Under the pieces are notes generated by a model that was given only the letters and a program-made list of their open reading frames with translations, searched no databases and was not told the DNA's origin. Positions 39,770 to 51,485 of a stretch of 64,000 nt of DNA are shown in pieces. Position 1 is the stretch's first letter. Each line of letters begins with the position of its first letter. Source of the DNA: an uncultured delta proteobacterium (GTDB lineage Bacteria; Desulfobacterota; Desulfobacteria; Desulfobacterales; SG8-13); contig CAWKCK010000005.1 in NCBI GenBank assembly GCA_963848135.1, positions 620,001 to 684,000 of the forward strand, given 5' to 3'. The position numbers and the translations under genes were made by a program.

Positions 39770-39855
39770 GTATTTGAGAATTTAATCGGGTTGACTTCGC
39801 TGAACTGAAGTGGTTCTATGTTCCCCTTCTCACTTTCCATCCCCTGATGAAGGAA

Positions 39856-39931
39856 TGGTAGGCGGAACAGGGCTTGAACCTGTGACCCCCGGCTTGTAAG
39901 GCCGGTGCTCTCCCAACTGAGCTACCCGCCC
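39856..39931 (-). tRNA. tRNA-Val (TAC)
   Basis: Anticodon arm CCGGC-CTTACAA-GCCGG; encoded CCA. Confidence 0.97.
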
Positions 39932-40033
39932 ACAGTTAAGTGTACAGTTCGGCAAGTTTCCCTCGAAAAGAGCCGTAAGCTACCAGCACTGTTGATCAAT
40001 GTCAAGCCAAAAAAGGAGCATCAACCCGGCCGG

Positions 40034-42496
40034 TTAAATTAGATTGGCCGGTTTCTCCCCGATCTCGCCTTCGGTTGTCATTTCGAAGGGTATATCGTTT
40101 TTGGTAAACAGTGTCCCGCCATCCTTGACGATGATGGCGTGGGACAAAACCTCATCCATGTGTTCCACCGTAACGATGTCGATCTGTTTTTTGATCGGGT
40201 TGGGAATGTCCCGGATATCCTTTTCGTTCTCCATTGGAATGATCACCTTCTTGATCCCGCCACGATGCGCGGCCAGAATCTTTTCCTTCAATCCTCCGAT
40301 AGGTAACACGCGTCCCCGTAAGGTGATTTCCCCGGTCATTGCCAGGTCCCTATGGACATGGCGTTTGGTCAGCGCCGATACAATGGACGTGCACATGGTA
40401 ATCCCGGCGGAAGGCCCGTCTTTGGGAATCGCGCCTTCCGGGATATGGATGTGAATGTCGAACTTGCGATAGAAGGACTCATCGATTTGCAGATACGAGG
40501 CGCGGGAACGAACGTAGCTGACCGCTGCCTGGGCCGACTCCTGCATTACATCTCCGAGTTTCCCGGTGATGGTCAATTTTCCTTTACCAGGCATGATTGC
40601 GGTTTCCACTGCCAGCAGCACACCGCCAACCTGGGTCCAGGCCAACCCGGTCACAAGTCCGACCTGGTCTTTTTCCTCGATCTGTCCTTCACGGAACCGC
40701 GCCGGTCCCAGGTATTTGTTAATTGATTTGCTGGTGAGCGCATATACTGACTTTTTCTTTTTCTTGCTCCTGTTTTCGAGAACTTCTTTGGCAATCTTGC
40801 GACAGATAGACGCAATCTCCCGCTCCAGGTTACGAACGCCGGCCTCACGGGTGTACTTGCGAATGGTGGTATAAACGGCATTCTGCGAAAAAGTGATCGT
40901 CTTGCCCTCCAGACCGTTGGTTTTGACCTGCTTGGGAATCAGGAACCCATCGGCGATATGATACTTTTCATATTCGGTGTAACCGGGCAGACGGATGATC
41001 TCCATCCGGTCCTGGAGCGGTAGGGGTATGTCCGGCAACGTATTAGCGGTGGTGATGAACAGAATATCCGAAAGATCGTAGTCCACATCGAAGTAATGGT
41101 CGTTGAAGGCGAAGTTCTGCTCGGGATCGAGAACTTCCAGCAGCGCTGCGGAAGGATCGCCCCGAAAATCCATGCTCATCTTGTCGACTTCGTCCAGGCA
41201 GAAAACCGGATTGTTGACGCCAACCTTTTTTAGCGACTGGATGATCTTTCCCGGCATGGCACCAATGTATGTCCGTCGGTGGCCGCGGATTTCAGCCTCA
41301 TCCCGAACACCACCCAACGATATCCGGATAAATTTCCGACCGGTGGCCCGGGCCACGGATTTTGCCAAGGATGTCTTGCCGACACCCGGTGGCCCCACGA
41401 AGCACAGAATAGGTCCTCTTATTTTCTGCACCAGAGCCTGGACGGCCAGGTATTCCAGAATCCTCTCCTTCGGTTTTTCCAGACCGTAATGGTCCTCATC
41501 GAGAATTTTATCGGCCTCGTCAATATCCGTATTGATATCGGTTTTTTCGTACCACGGCAGACTGATCAGCCAGTCAATGTAATTGCGAACGACCGTGGCT
41601 TCGGCTGACATGGGCGTCATCAACTTCAATTTCTTGAGCTCGCCTTTGGCCTTTTCGGTGGCCTCCTTGGACATCTTCTTATTCTCGATCTTCTCCTCGA
41701 GTTCGTTCAGATCATCGATCGTGTCCTCATCGGCGCCCATCTCCTTTTTAATGGCCCGCATCTGTTCGTTCAGATAATAGTTCTTCTGGGTCTTCTCCAT
41801 CTGGTCCTTGACCCGGCCCTTGATGCGCTGGTCCATCTTGAAGATATCTATCTCCATTTGAATCAGGCTGACCAGCAGGGCCAGCCGGTCAGCGGGATCA
41901 ATGGCCTCCAGCAGGCGTTGCTTGTCTTCGATTTTGAAGGAGAAATGTGCCGCCAAAGTGTCGGCCAGTTTGGAAGGATCCTCGATAGCAGCCACGTTGG
42001 CCACCAGATCTTTTGACAGGCCTTTGTTGAGGGTGGCGTATTCCTCGAACCCTTTCTGCACCGATCGGCACAGGGCCGCACCCTCCGCAGCCGAAGTTTG
42101 CTCATCCAAGACAGCTTCCAGTTCAACCTGGAAGAAGTCTTTCTCTGTCATAAATCGAGCGATTCGCCCACGAGTGTCTCCCTCCACGAGCGCTTTGACC
42201 GTTCCGTCCGGTAGCCGCAGCAACTGGAGAACCTTGCCGATGGTTCCGAGGCGGCTGATGTCCTCCTCGGTGGGGTTGTCGATGCCGGCTTTCTTCTGGG
42301 TGGCGAGAAAAACGCGCTTGTCCCTGTTCATGGCTTCGGAGAGCGCGCTAACGGATTTGGGTCGGCCCACAAAGAGCGGAGCGACCATATGAGGGAAAAC
42401 GACTATGTCCCGTAGTGGCAGCAGCGGCATGACAATCCGGCCGGGCTGGGCAATATCGTCCTTATCGTCCTTGAATATTTTTGGCAAACTGACCAT
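40034..42496 (-). CDS. lon: ATP-dependent protease La
   Basis: [23 protein letters not shown]. Confidence 0.98.
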   Translation of the reverse strand: MVSLPKIFKDDKDDIAQPGRIVMPLLPLRDIVVFPHMVAPLFVGRPKSVSALSEAMNRDKRVFLATQKKAGIDNPTEEDISRLGTIGKVLQLLRLPDGTVKALVEGDTRGRIARFMTEKDFFQVELEAVLDEQTSAAEGAALCRSVQKGFEEYATLNKGLSKDLVANVAAIEDPSKLADTLAAHFSFKIEDKQRLLEAIDPADRLALLVSLIQMEIDIFKMDQRIKGRVKDQMEKTQKNYYLNEQMRAIKKEMGADEDTIDDLNELEEKIENKKMSKEATEKAKGELKKLKLMTPMSAEATVVRNYIDWLISLPWYEKTDINTDIDEADKILDEDHYGLEKPKERILEYLAVQALVQKIRGPILCFVGPPGVGKTSLAKSVARATGRKFIRISLGGVRDEAEIRGHRRTYIGAMPGKIIQSLKKVGVNNPVFCLDEVDKMSMDFRGDPSAALLEVLDPEQNFAFNDHYFDVDYDLSDILFITTANTLPDIPLPLQDRMEIIRLPGYTEYEKYHIADGFLIPKQVKTNGLEGKTITFSQNAVYTTIRKYTREAGVRNLEREIASICRKIAKEVLENRSKKKKKSVYALTSKSINKYLGPARFREGQIEEKDQVGLVTGLAWTQVGGVLLAVETAIMPGKGKLTITGKLGDVMQESAQAAVSYVRSRASYLQIDESFYRKFDIHIHIPEGAIPKDGPSAGITMCTSIVSALTKRHVHRDLAMTGEITLRGRVLPIGGLKEKILAAHRGGIKKVIIPMENEKDIRDIPNPIKKQIDIVTVEHMDEVLSHAIIVKDGGTLFTKNDIPFEMTTEGEIGEKPANLI

Positions 42497-42608
42497 AGCT
42501 CCATCTTTTTTCAGGTTATCGATACTAAAGGGTGAGTGGATTGAATCGTTGTTAAAATGAAATTCGACGGCATTGTCTCAGCGTCAGGATAGACCCTTTG
42601 CGGATTCG

Positions 42609-43853
42609 TCACGCTTGTTTCTTTGTCTGCTCGTAAAGCAGTATCGGGTCCTCTTTTTTCAAGACGACGTCCTCACTGATGACACACTCCTTCACATTTT
42701 CAACTGAGGGAATCTCATACATGATATCCAGCATGCAGCTTTCCATGATCGCCCGCAACCCCCTGGCCCCCGATTTGCGCTTGATCGCTTCGACGGCGAT
42801 GGCTTTCAGAGCGCTATCAGTCAGCCGCAGGTTTACCCCCTCGTACTCGAACAGTTTACTAAACTGACGCAGAAGCGCATTTTTGGGTTCCTTGAGTATC
42901 CGTATCAGCGCGTTTTCGTTGAGCTCCTCCAGGGTGGCGATGACGGGCAAACGGCCAAGAAACTCTGGAATCATTCCGTATTTGATCAAATCCTCAGGCT
43001 GCACGTCCTTCAGAATTTCTCCGATGCTGCGTTCATCTTCCTTTTTAATCTTGGCACCGAATCCCATCATTTTGGAACCCATCCGGCGCTGGACAATTTT
43101 TTCCAGTCCGTTGAAAGTGCCACCGCATATAAAGAGAATGTTGGACGTATCGACCTTTACAAAATCCTGCTGCGGATGTTTCCGGCCGCCTTTAGGCGGT
43201 ACGCTGGCGGTCGTGCCTTCGATGATTTTCAGAAGTGCCTGCTGCACCCCTTCTCCGGAAACATCGCGGGTGATCGACGGGTTGTCCGATTTGCTGGCAA
43301 TCTTGTCAATCTCGTCAATATAAACGATACCGCGCTTGGCCTTTTCCACATCGTAGTCTGCATTCTGAAGCAGAGCGAGAATGATGTTCTCGACATCCTC
43401 TCCGACATACCCGGCTTCAGTCAAGCTGGTCGCATCCGCGATGGTGAAAGGAACATTCAGAAAGCGGGCCAGGGTTTGGGCAAGTAACGTTTTGCCACAC
43501 CCCGTAGGACCAATGAGCAGGATGTTGCTCTTCTGGATCTCGACATCACCCGTACTGAGGGAGGACTCGAGCCGCTTGTAATGATTGTAAACCGCCACCG
43601 CCAAGATTTTTTTGGCCCGATCCTGTTCGATCACGTATTCATCGAGACGGAATTTTATCTCTTTGGGTGCAAGGAGGCTACTGACTTCGGTGCTTTCTTT
43701 TTCCGATTCTTCTTCAATAATCTCGCTGCACAGTTGGATGCATTCATCGCAGATGTAGACTGCCGGTCCGGCAATCAGCTTGGTGACTTCCTTTTGGTTC
43801 TTACCGCAAAATGAACAAAATAGATTGTCCTTGTCGTCTTCTTTTTTCCCCAT
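42609..43853 (-). CDS. clpX: Clp protease ATPase subunit ClpX
   Basis: CSFC...C..C zinc finger, [14 protein letters not shown]; start ATG 43853. Confidence 0.98.
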   Translation of the reverse strand: MGKKEDDKDNLFCSFCGKNQKEVTKLIAGPAVYICDECIQLCSEIIEEESEKESTEVSSLLAPKEIKFRLDEYVIEQDRAKKILAVAVYNHYKRLESSLSTGDVEIQKSNILLIGPTGCGKTLLAQTLARFLNVPFTIADATSLTEAGYVGEDVENIILALLQNADYDVEKAKRGIVYIDEIDKIASKSDNPSITRDVSGEGVQQALLKIIEGTTASVPPKGGRKHPQQDFVKVDTSNILFICGGTFNGLEKIVQRRMGSKMMGFGAKIKKEDERSIGEILKDVQPEDLIKYGMIPEFLGRLPVIATLEELNENALIRILKEPKNALLRQFSKLFEYEGVNLRLTDSALKAIAVEAIKRKSGARGLRAIMESCMLDIMYEIPSVENVKECVISEDVVLKKEDPILLYEQTKKQA

Positions 43854-43854
43854 T

Positions 43855-44469
43855 TTACTTCTCCATCTTGTCAATGCGATCGAGATCGTCACGATTCATG
43901 ATGACGTGGTCGATGATGCCGTAATCGCTCGCTTCCTGGCCGGACATGAAATAATCACGGTCCGTATCTTTCTGGATCTGATTGAAGTCCTTGCCGGTGT
44001 GTTTCACCAGGATCTGGTTGAGCGTCTCCTTCATCCGCAGGATCTCTTTGGCCTGAATTTCGATATCCGAAGCCTGTCCCTGAAATCCTCCCATAGGCTG
44101 GTGGATCAGAATGCGGGAGTTGGGTAGCGAGTAGCGTTTCTTTTGGGCACCGGAGGCCAGCAGAAGAGCACCCATGCTGGCCGCCTGGCCGATGCAGACG
44201 GTGGTAATATCCGGTTTGATATACTGCATCGTGTCGTAAACAGCCAGACCGGCAGTCACCAGTCCGCCAGGAGAATTGATATAAAAATTAATGTCTTTGT
44301 CCGGATCCTCGGACTCTAAAAACAATAGCTGGGCAATCAGCAGATTCGCTATTTCGTCATTGATGGCGGTGCCCAGAAAAATAATTCGGTCTTTAAGCAA
44401 ACGCGAGTATATGTCATAGGCGCGCTCGCCGCGGCTGCTCTGCTCAATGACCATCGGTATGATCGGCAC
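43855..44469 (-). CDS. clpP: Clp protease proteolytic subunit
   Basis: [23 protein letters not shown]. Confidence 0.98.
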   Translation of the reverse strand: MPIIPMVIEQSSRGERAYDIYSRLLKDRIIFLGTAINDEIANLLIAQLLFLESEDPDKDINFYINSPGGLVTAGLAVYDTMQYIKPDITTVCIGQAASMGALLLASGAQKKRYSLPNSRILIHQPMGGFQGQASDIEIQAKEILRMKETLNQILVKHTGKDFNQIQKDTDRDYFMSGQEASDYGIIDHVIMNRDDLDRIDKMEK

Positions 44470-44600
44470 AGGTTAACTCCTTTACTCGGTTGAGGATTGG
44501 ATGATCATGTCCATCGACACGGGTGGTTATCGGGCAGAATCTATCAACCCCAGGGGGGTCGGCAAAATCCGCCCAAAAATAAACCAGTCAGACGCTGCCA

Positions 44601-45944
44601 TTAACTGTTGGCAGGGCTGTCCGGTTTTTTTGTATCCGCCTCTTCTTTGGGTGGATCAGTTTCCTTGATCACGCTATTATCAATAATAAGGGTAATGGCC
44701 CTTTTTTCAAGTAAGGTCTGTTTGAAATAGTCGAGTTTATCCGAATTCTGGTTGTAGTAGGCCTGGATCTGCTCAACGGGTTGCTGAAAGGTGTCAGCCA
44801 TATCCTGCAGGCCGGTCTGTAATTCCTCGTCACTGAGGGTCAGCGTTTCCTGATCGATGATTTTTTCAAGAATCAGGTGACGCTTGACCTGCCTTACCGC
44901 GGTATCCCGGTATTGTTCGGCAATGGCCTCACGTGTAAGCCCCATCTCCTCAAGCGATGTGTTGCGATAGGCAAAAGATCGTTCGGCATCATCGACGATG
45001 CCCTCGAGTTCATAATCAACCATCGCATCAGGGACATCGAAATCCGCTTTATCAATCAGAGCCGTGAAAATCTGCTCATTCATTTCTTGCTCAACCCGCT
45101 TGGCGTATCCTTCCGTCAGGTTTTTTCGAATACGTTCCTTGAGTTCATCAAGGGAGGCGTAATTACCGGCTTTTTTAGCCAGATCATCATCTATTTCTGG
45201 AATTTCTTCCTCTCTAAGCTGATTGAGGGTCACTTGAAATTCTATGTCGAGTCCGGCCAATTTGTTATTGAAATAATCATCCGGGAATTTTACACTAATT
45301 TCCTTTGATTCTCCAGCCGCCATACCGATCAGACCCGTATCGAAATCTTCCAGAATGCTGCCTTCACCGATTTTTAGGGTAAAGTTTTCCGTCCGTTGGG
45401 TCTCGGTGAATGGCTTGCCGCCCTTGAGCCCCTCATAGGTAATCATCACGTGATCCCCTTCCCGGGCCGGTCGATCCTCTTCGATCGGTTTCTGCTGGGT
45501 CAGGTTTTTCTGCAGGGCCTTTAACTGACTGTCGACTTCTTTCTCATCGATTGTATATTGAGTCTTATTAAGATTCAAGCCCTTGAAATCGATGTCACTG
45601 ATTTCCGGCTTAACCTCGATGGTGGCATCGTAGGCGTAAGGACCGTCGACACTGAGTTCCGGGGGATCGAGCTGAGGGTTGCCGATGACCTTCAAGTCCT
45701 TCTCTTTGAGCACATTGATAAACGATTCCTGGATCAGCTTGGACGAAACGTCGGCGTGTACATCCTTTTTAAACATTCTTTCCAGCACGGAACGGGGCGC
45801 CTTACCCGGCCGGAACCCTTTGATCTTGGCCGTTTTCTTCAGTTTGCTGTAGGCGGAATCTAACTCACGGGCGACCTGCTCCTGGGGAATTTCGATGTGC
45901 AGGTTTTTTTTAACGCTGCTCAATTCTTCAATGGTAACTTGCAT
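44601..45944 (-). CDS. tig: Trigger factor
   Basis: GFRPGKAP; position upstream of clpP. Confidence 0.96.
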   Translation of the reverse strand: MQVTIEELSSVKKNLHIEIPQEQVARELDSAYSKLKKTAKIKGFRPGKAPRSVLERMFKKDVHADVSSKLIQESFINVLKEKDLKVIGNPQLDPPELSVDGPYAYDATIEVKPEISDIDFKGLNLNKTQYTIDEKEVDSQLKALQKNLTQQKPIEEDRPAREGDHVMITYEGLKGGKPFTETQRTENFTLKIGEGSILEDFDTGLIGMAAGESKEISVKFPDDYFNNKLAGLDIEFQVTLNQLREEEIPEIDDDLAKKAGNYASLDELKERIRKNLTEGYAKRVEQEMNEQIFTALIDKADFDVPDAMVDYELEGIVDDAERSFAYRNTSLEEMGLTREAIAEQYRDTAVRQVKRHLILEKIIDQETLTLSDEELQTGLQDMADTFQQPVEQIQAYYNQNSDKLDYFKQTLLEKRAITLIIDNSVIKETDPPKEEADTKKPDSPANS

Positions 45945-46227
45945 AGTCTTCCTTTCTACGGGTCAGTATCAAAATGGCTGACCACCCAATATTGCATATT
46001 ACACCATATCAGTATGGATGGAAAACCGAAAATACTTTGCGGAAACGCGGGCTCTTTACCTATCCCGCATTTATGGTCTCTCAGGGGACAGAGTGGCAGC
46101 TTAAAATAAGCGGATGAACTCATTTCCCGCCTGTTCATCAGTATCGATCGTTTGTACCTGCGTGGCAAGCAAGGTGGGTGTGATCGGTCAAAACTAAAAT
46201 CGTCGGAATGGCGTTGGACCGCCGAGA

Positions 46228-46314
46228 TGGTGCGAGAGGGGAGACTTGAACTCCCACTCTGTCGCCAGAGCTGGATCCTAAGTCCAGTGCGTCTACCAGT
46301 TCCGCCACTCTCGC
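46228..46314 (-). tRNA. tRNA-Leu (TAG)
   Basis: 87 nt with variable arm; CTGGA-CTTAGGA-TCCAG; CCA. Confidence 0.96.
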
Positions 46315-46490
46315 AGATCAGTCGACCATGTTCACGATGGATTAATAACAATTTTCACCGACATGCGGTGAGTGAAAAACGCCTCTGGGTCAAGCGCAGT
46401 TAGCGGCTATATCTTACTGCTTGACATTGATGCCAAATCAAGTAAATCAATGCTGAAAAGACGCTGGAAACATAATATTTCTCGATATAG

Positions 46491-47270
46491 GTGTCAAGAA
46501 CAATTGGAAAAGCCCTTGTTATGTCAATGTCTTGCAAGCTGAACCCATTTTTGCGCTTCATCGGGGCCGTCATGGCCATTCTTTTCGTCGCTGTGGTGAC
46601 GGCGCCGTCTGCCGGAGCAAAAACGGTTTACTGGGGGCGCTCGAAAAAAACAGTTGTACTGGATCCAGGTCATGGCGGTGCCGATATTGGCGCTCGCAGC
46701 CCGGATGGTACCTTGGAAAAACAGCTGACGTTCGAACTCTCCCAAAGACTCGTGGATCACTTGGCGCGTACTTATCGCGTAAGCCTTACCCGTTCGGAAG
46801 ATTACCGGCTCGATATCGACCGTCGCACCGATGTCGCCAACAATATTGATGCGGATGTCTTTATCAGCATCCACGCCGCCGGAAGCTTCACCCCCGCCGC
46901 CAAGGGAATTCGGATCTATTATTTCAGGGAAACGGTTTCCGGCGAGCAACCCGGAATCGGACTGCCAAAAGACACTCAAGATCCGCTCCCGGTATGGGAC
47001 CATCTCCAGCTCAGGCATGTTCACACCAGTCGTTTGCTGGCAAATAACCTGAAGGAAAAACTCGCCCCCCTGTCGCAGTCGGCGGTCATGGCGGCGCCGG
47101 TTCTGGTATTGAGAGGCGCAGACATGCCGGCTGTCATGATAGAAGTGGGTTATCTAAGCAATTCCGATGATGCCAAAGGATTGCGAGATTCCGGGTATCT
47201 GGACACCTTGACCCTTGCCATATCCGATGGAATTGACGCTTTCTTCTCGACATTAGGTAAGGCAAAATAG
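46491..47270 (+). CDS. N-acetylmuramoyl-L-alanine amidase (Amidase_3)
   Basis: LDPGHGG, EK, FISIHA, PAVMIEVGYLSN; start uncertain. Confidence 0.9.
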   Translation: MSRTIGKALVMSMSCKLNPFLRFIGAVMAILFVAVVTAPSAGAKTVYWGRSKKTVVLDPGHGGADIGARSPDGTLEKQLTFELSQRLVDHLARTYRVSLTRSEDYRLDIDRRTDVANNIDADVFISIHAAGSFTPAAKGIRIYYFRETVSGEQPGIGLPKDTQDPLPVWDHLQLRHVHTSRLLANNLKEKLAPLSQSAVMAAPVLVLRGADMPAVMIEVGYLSNSDDAKGLRDSGYLDTLTLAISDGIDAFFSTLGKAK

Positions 47271-47400
47271 GGAAAATCTGGTTCCGGGAGGTCATGGCGC
47301 GTCTGCGGTCAAAGCGCTGAGATAACTTGCTTCACAGGATAAAGCATGCTATGAATCCCGCCTATCCGTTCAGCTCGGATATGTATATATGCACGGTCAT

Positions 47401-47477
<77 letters not shown>

Positions 47478-47484
47478 ATAAATT

Positions 47485-47523
47485 CAGAGGCTTGTGATTT
47501 TAACACAAGCCTCTGGTCTTTTC
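47485..47523 (+). terminator. Intrinsic terminator after tRNA-Pro
   Basis: cagaggcttgtg...cacaagcctctg followed by a T-rich tract. Confidence 0.7.
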
Positions 47524-47567
47524 TGGATTCAGTCAGATTGACCAATTGATCTGGTCATCTGGATGAA

Positions 47568-50486
47568 TTATTTGTCAGTTTTCGTAATCCCGATAAAACC
47601 AACCACTTCAGTGATATGGTTTATTTCCGTATCTCTCGATTGTTCTTCGTCGACGAGCACCTCGACACCATAGGCATCCTTGTTTAACCAGCGAAGATTG
47701 GCGGTATTGCCTCCATCGGTCGTCTGCATGTCGCAGAGAAAAACCGGTGATTTATCAATATCAATACTTAATCCGATCGTATGTATCTTGTGAGTGACAA
47801 CATCACCGGTTTGATCGACCAGAAAAGCAAAACCGTCAATATTCCCGGCAGAAGGTTCCCAGGCAATGAAGGATATGACTTCGCTCAGGTGATTGTTGGG
47901 GTTGGCCTCCTGCTCCTGGAGTTTGATTTCAAACCCGTCGGTATCGACATTCCGCAACCGGCCCACGGCAGCATCAGGATCGTTGGCAGATGTGATGGCT
48001 GAAAGGACGACCGGTTGCCGGTTGAAGGTGTTTTGAAAATTCACCCTTTCAAAGGCCGGGGGCGTTTTCGTGGTGAACGTACCGGCTTCGATCATTGTGC
48101 CGTCACTCAATCGGTATTGACCCCGCTCCATAACAAGATAGCCGACAGACTCGCTGACATGGCTGCCGTTAAGATATTCCCATTCCTGCACACGAATTTC
48201 AAATCCAATAGCGGTCACATTGCGTATACGAACAGTGGCTGGATCCGAACCGTTCAAACTCGCAGCTCCGGCCACAACAACCGGATCTTCGTATATCTTG
48301 CTGAAAGTAACGAACAGCCAGTTGTGATCCACAGATACTTCCCCGATCTCAAGTTTCGGTACACCGATATCTATATTAGTCTCGGGTGAGAGCGGATCCC
48401 ATCCGTTGGCAACTTCCTCGCCATCTGAATATCCGTCCCCGTCTGTATCTGCCTTATTCGGATCGGTAAGATATGTGTCAATTTCTTCATGATTGGTTAG
48501 ACCATCACCATCGGAATCGATTTCAGCATTTTCACAGATCAGGTCAGCGCCATCGCAATCCTGGTCAATGCCGTCACCGCATACCTCCGCGGCGCCAGGG
48601 TATACACTCGCGTTGTTGTCATTACAGTCACCCTGATTCTCGTCAATACCGTCACCATCGTTGTCACTTACTGGGATGGTAACTGTAACCGGTTCCAGTT
48701 CGATTCTGTCCAACCGGGTCCCCGATTCTCGCTGATAAACCGTAACGGTGGTCGCCTTTTTGTCTAACCATATTTCAACTGGATCAGTTCCAACACCATC
48801 CCTTACGTAATCTTGGGAATATGCCGTATTTTGTAAAACATGCCATATGTATCCATCTGTGGGGCTGCCATTTACTTTTACCAAGAAGGAATCGCGAGCA
48901 CTATCGGGGGCATAAACCCATGCCCTGATGCGATAATTCCCGGAAATGGTCACGTTGAAAGTAAATTCTACCTTTTGGGCTTCATCAGGCGCCGACCTGG
49001 AACTCCATCCGGGCACATAGACATACCGCCCCCCACTGGCTGCCGCGTCGTTGCCAATTTCAAAAGCCCCGAATAGTGCCCCTTCTTCGGCTTCCCTTAT
49101 CAAATCGTCGCTTACAGGGCAGGCCAAATCTGAACCGCTGCAATCCTGGTCAATGCCATCACCGCATACCTCCTTGGCACCCGGGTATACACTCGCATTG
49201 TTGTCGTTACAGTCACCCTCATTCTCGTCAATACCGTCACCATCGATGTCACTTATTGGAACAGTAACTGTAACAGGTTCCAATTCGATCCTGTCCAGGC
49301 GGGTCCCATCTTCTCGCAGATAAACCGATACGGTATTTACCCCTGCTGGCAAAGTTACTTCTACAGGATCAGCCCCATCACGATCATTCACATAATCTTC
49401 TCGGTAGCTGGTATTCTGTAAAACATCCCACAAGTATCCATTTGTCGGATCGCCATTGACCTGCACCCAGAAAGAGTCATCACTCCCATTGGCAGCATAA
49501 ACTGTGCCTTTGATGCGATAGGTACCGGCTTTTGAAATATTGAAGGTGTATGTTATCTTATGAGTATCATCAGGCCCATCAAATCGTGTTCCTATCGTGT
49601 TTGGCACCTGGACATAATAGCCACCGCTGGCTGCGGCATCATTGACAATCTCAAAAGCACCAACGATGTCCCCTTCTTCGGCTTCCCTTACCAAATCACC
49701 GACGACAGGGCAGGCTAAATCTGAACCGCTGCAATCCTGGTCAATGCCGTCACCACAGATCTCAACCGCTCCGGGGTGGATTGAGGAATCCGAATCTGCA
49801 CAGTCACCTCGGTTCTCGGTAAAACCATCTCCATCATTATCAATGTCTTCAAGACAGATAGGATCGATACCATCGCAATTCTGATCGACTCCATCACCAC
49901 ATATCTCCCCGGCGTTGGGATTAATATTGGGATTCGTGTCGTCACAGTCACCTTGGGCATCCGTTATTCCATCACCGTCATCATCTATATTTTCAGGAAG
50001 CTCGACACAGGCCAGGTCAGAGCCATTGCAATCCTGGTCGATGCCGTCTCCGCATGTCTCTACCGCACCTGGATGAATGCTTTTATTCCCGTCATCACAG
50101 TCGCCCTGCGATAAGGTAACCCCGTCTCCGTCACCATCCGTCTCCGTTGGAGCTATGGGAACAGTATAACTGATTTCCTGCGAGTATTCGCTTTCGCCAT
50201 ATTGATTCGAAGCCGTGGCGGCAAAATAATATTTTAACCCCGGCTCGAGGTTTTCGATGGTAACGCTCGTTTGATTCTCGGTATCTATGCACGCCGTATA
50301 GGTATCGCTGGCGGTACCGTAGCAAAGATTGTAGACAAGACCCGGTTCTTGGTTTGGCGGATCCCACGCTAAAGTCAAATCAGTGGCATAGCTGACAGAG
50401 CCGTACAAGAGGATAAAAAAAAGAATTATGAAGCCGATAAGAGAAGGATGAAACGGTATAGATTTCGAGCCGGCAGAAACTCTCAT
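47568..50486 (-). CDS. Large secreted/surface protein: Fn3, Cys/Asp-rich MopE-like repeats, two CBM-like domains, TSP3-like repeat, C-terminal lectin-like repeats
   Basis: N-terminal hydrophobic segment; repeated GDC.D....I.PGA.E.CGDGIDQDC; two REAEEG domains; DTDGDGYSDGEE. Confidence 0.85.
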   Translation of the reverse strand: MRVSAGSKSIPFHPSLIGFIILFFILLYGSVSYATDLTLAWDPPNQEPGLVYNLCYGTASDTYTACIDTENQTSVTIENLEPGLKYYFAATASNQYGESEYSQEISYTVPIAPTETDGDGDGVTLSQGDCDDGNKSIHPGAVETCGDGIDQDCNGSDLACVELPENIDDDGDGITDAQGDCDDTNPNINPNAGEICGDGVDQNCDGIDPICLEDIDNDGDGFTENRGDCADSDSSIHPGAVEICGDGIDQDCSGSDLACPVVGDLVREAEEGDIVGAFEIVNDAAASGGYYVQVPNTIGTRFDGPDDTHKITYTFNISKAGTYRIKGTVYAANGSDDSFWVQVNGDPTNGYLWDVLQNTSYREDYVNDRDGADPVEVTLPAGVNTVSVYLREDGTRLDRIELEPVTVTVPISDIDGDGIDENEGDCNDNNASVYPGAKEVCGDGIDQDCSGSDLACPVSDDLIREAEEGALFGAFEIGNDAAASGGRYVYVPGWSSRSAPDEAQKVEFTFNVTISGNYRIRAWVYAPDSARDSFLVKVNGSPTDGYIWHVLQNTAYSQDYVRDGVGTDPVEIWLDKKATTVTVYQRESGTRLDRIELEPVTVTIPVSDNDGDGIDENQGDCNDNNASVYPGAAEVCGDGIDQDCDGADLICENAEIDSDGDGLTNHEEIDTYLTDPNKADTDGDGYSDGEEVANGWDPLSPETNIDIGVPKLEIGEVSVDHNWLFVTFSKIYEDPVVVAGAASLNGSDPATVRIRNVTAIGFEIRVQEWEYLNGSHVSESVGYLVMERGQYRLSDGTMIEAGTFTTKTPPAFERVNFQNTFNRQPVVLSAITSANDPDAAVGRLRNVDTDGFEIKLQEQEANPNNHLSEVISFIAWEPSAGNIDGFAFLVDQTGDVVTHKIHTIGLSIDIDKSPVFLCDMQTTDGGNTANLRWLNKDAYGVEVLVDEEQSRDTEINHITEVVGFIGITKTDK

Positions 50487-50603
50487 TAAAGCGCCTCCTG
50501 GTTATAATTAGCCACGGCAAAAGCAGCACCTTGCCAGTTGGCTCTTTCGCCGGTTTAGCCTGCGGCCACATCCATATCGAAACGGATTAACCCGGCGTTT
50601 GAG

Positions 50604-50861
50604 CCCGGAAATTTCATCAATTGGAGGCTTTTATGGCCAAGGCATTTCGAGGTGATGCTGTAGTCAGTCTACCGCGATCCTCGAATAACGCCGGCCATGG
50701 GAGCCTCCGGTTGACCCGAAGGGTGCAATCTTTTCAGGTCTTTCATTAGATGTTGGGAAGGTACAAAATGTCCCTCGGTTATACGGTTCATGAGTATGAC
50801 CAACACCCCGATATTCCTTCTTTTTTTCTGCTCAATGAAAAGATTTCATGAAATATTCAGG
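50604..50861. mobile_element. MITE copy A (TIR CCCGGA(A/T)ATTTCA...TGAAATATTC(A/G)GG)
   Basis: Terminal inverted repeats; internal similarity to copy C at 57905-58166. Confidence 0.75.
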
Positions 50862-50942
50862 TTAGCGTCCCAAACTTTTGATGTCGAATGCCATTGTCGG
50901 TTATCTCGAAATGGACTAACGAAAGAGTCGTGTGATGCCATC

Positions 50943-50957
50943 GCAAATTTGGTGCCA
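50943..50957 (-). promoter_or_regulatory. Sigma54 -24/-12 promoter facing the large surface protein gene
   Basis: Minus strand TGGCACCAAATTTGC (GG-N10-GC). Confidence 0.7.
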
Positions 50958-51391
50958 GAGAGTTCCGCATTGCAGACTCCCGGGAACACGATTGGTTTCT
51001 AAATTGCACCAATTCGTGGACCACAAGAGATTCCAATGTAAAAATACGATTACAAGATAATATAAAATATTCAGCTGGTTAAAATAATAGGGAGATGATA
51101 GGTCGATTGTATAATCGAGTGATTGAGGGATGGGAATTTGGGGCTTAAAAAAAAGATTCTGGTTACCAATTAACGGTCGAAATTATCGTTTTTTAGGTTG
51201 GTAAAGGGCCTTTCTGAAGTGTTTTTTCTACAGGTGAAATACAAAAATGTCCTTTCAAATTACGATTTGATGTTATAACAATACCATACGGTGTATGAAA
51301 TTCGATACGCGTCATAATTGGAACCACTGCTTCGAAAATTTACACTCGCTATTTGGGGGTAAATCGGAAGTAATACCAATTCAGGGGACTA

Positions 51392-51460
51392 CCCGGATAT
51401 TTCACGCCCCTGAGGGATTCATTTTGTAGAAAAAAATTCATGCGTGATGAAATATTCGGG
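51392..51460. mobile_element. Minimal MITE copy B (69 bp) just upstream of prsK
   Basis: cccggatatttca...tgaaatattcggg flanked by cta/cta. Confidence 0.7.
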
Positions 51461-51485
51461 CTAACTTCAGGAAGCGTGCACTGAA

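Noticed and set aside
45956..46403. ORFs overlapping tRNA-Leu
   Set aside because: They are shadow frames across a tRNA gene
48540..50140. Periodic repeats resembling an array
   Set aside because: They are in-frame coding repeats of the surface protein, not CRISPR; no CRISPR array or cas gene was seen in the window
50500..50600. Possible c-di-GMP-I riboswitch in the surface-protein leader (ggctaaaccggcgaaag on the minus strand)
   Set aside because: The GNRA stem is not properly closed and the downstream GCAAA/P3 elements are missing
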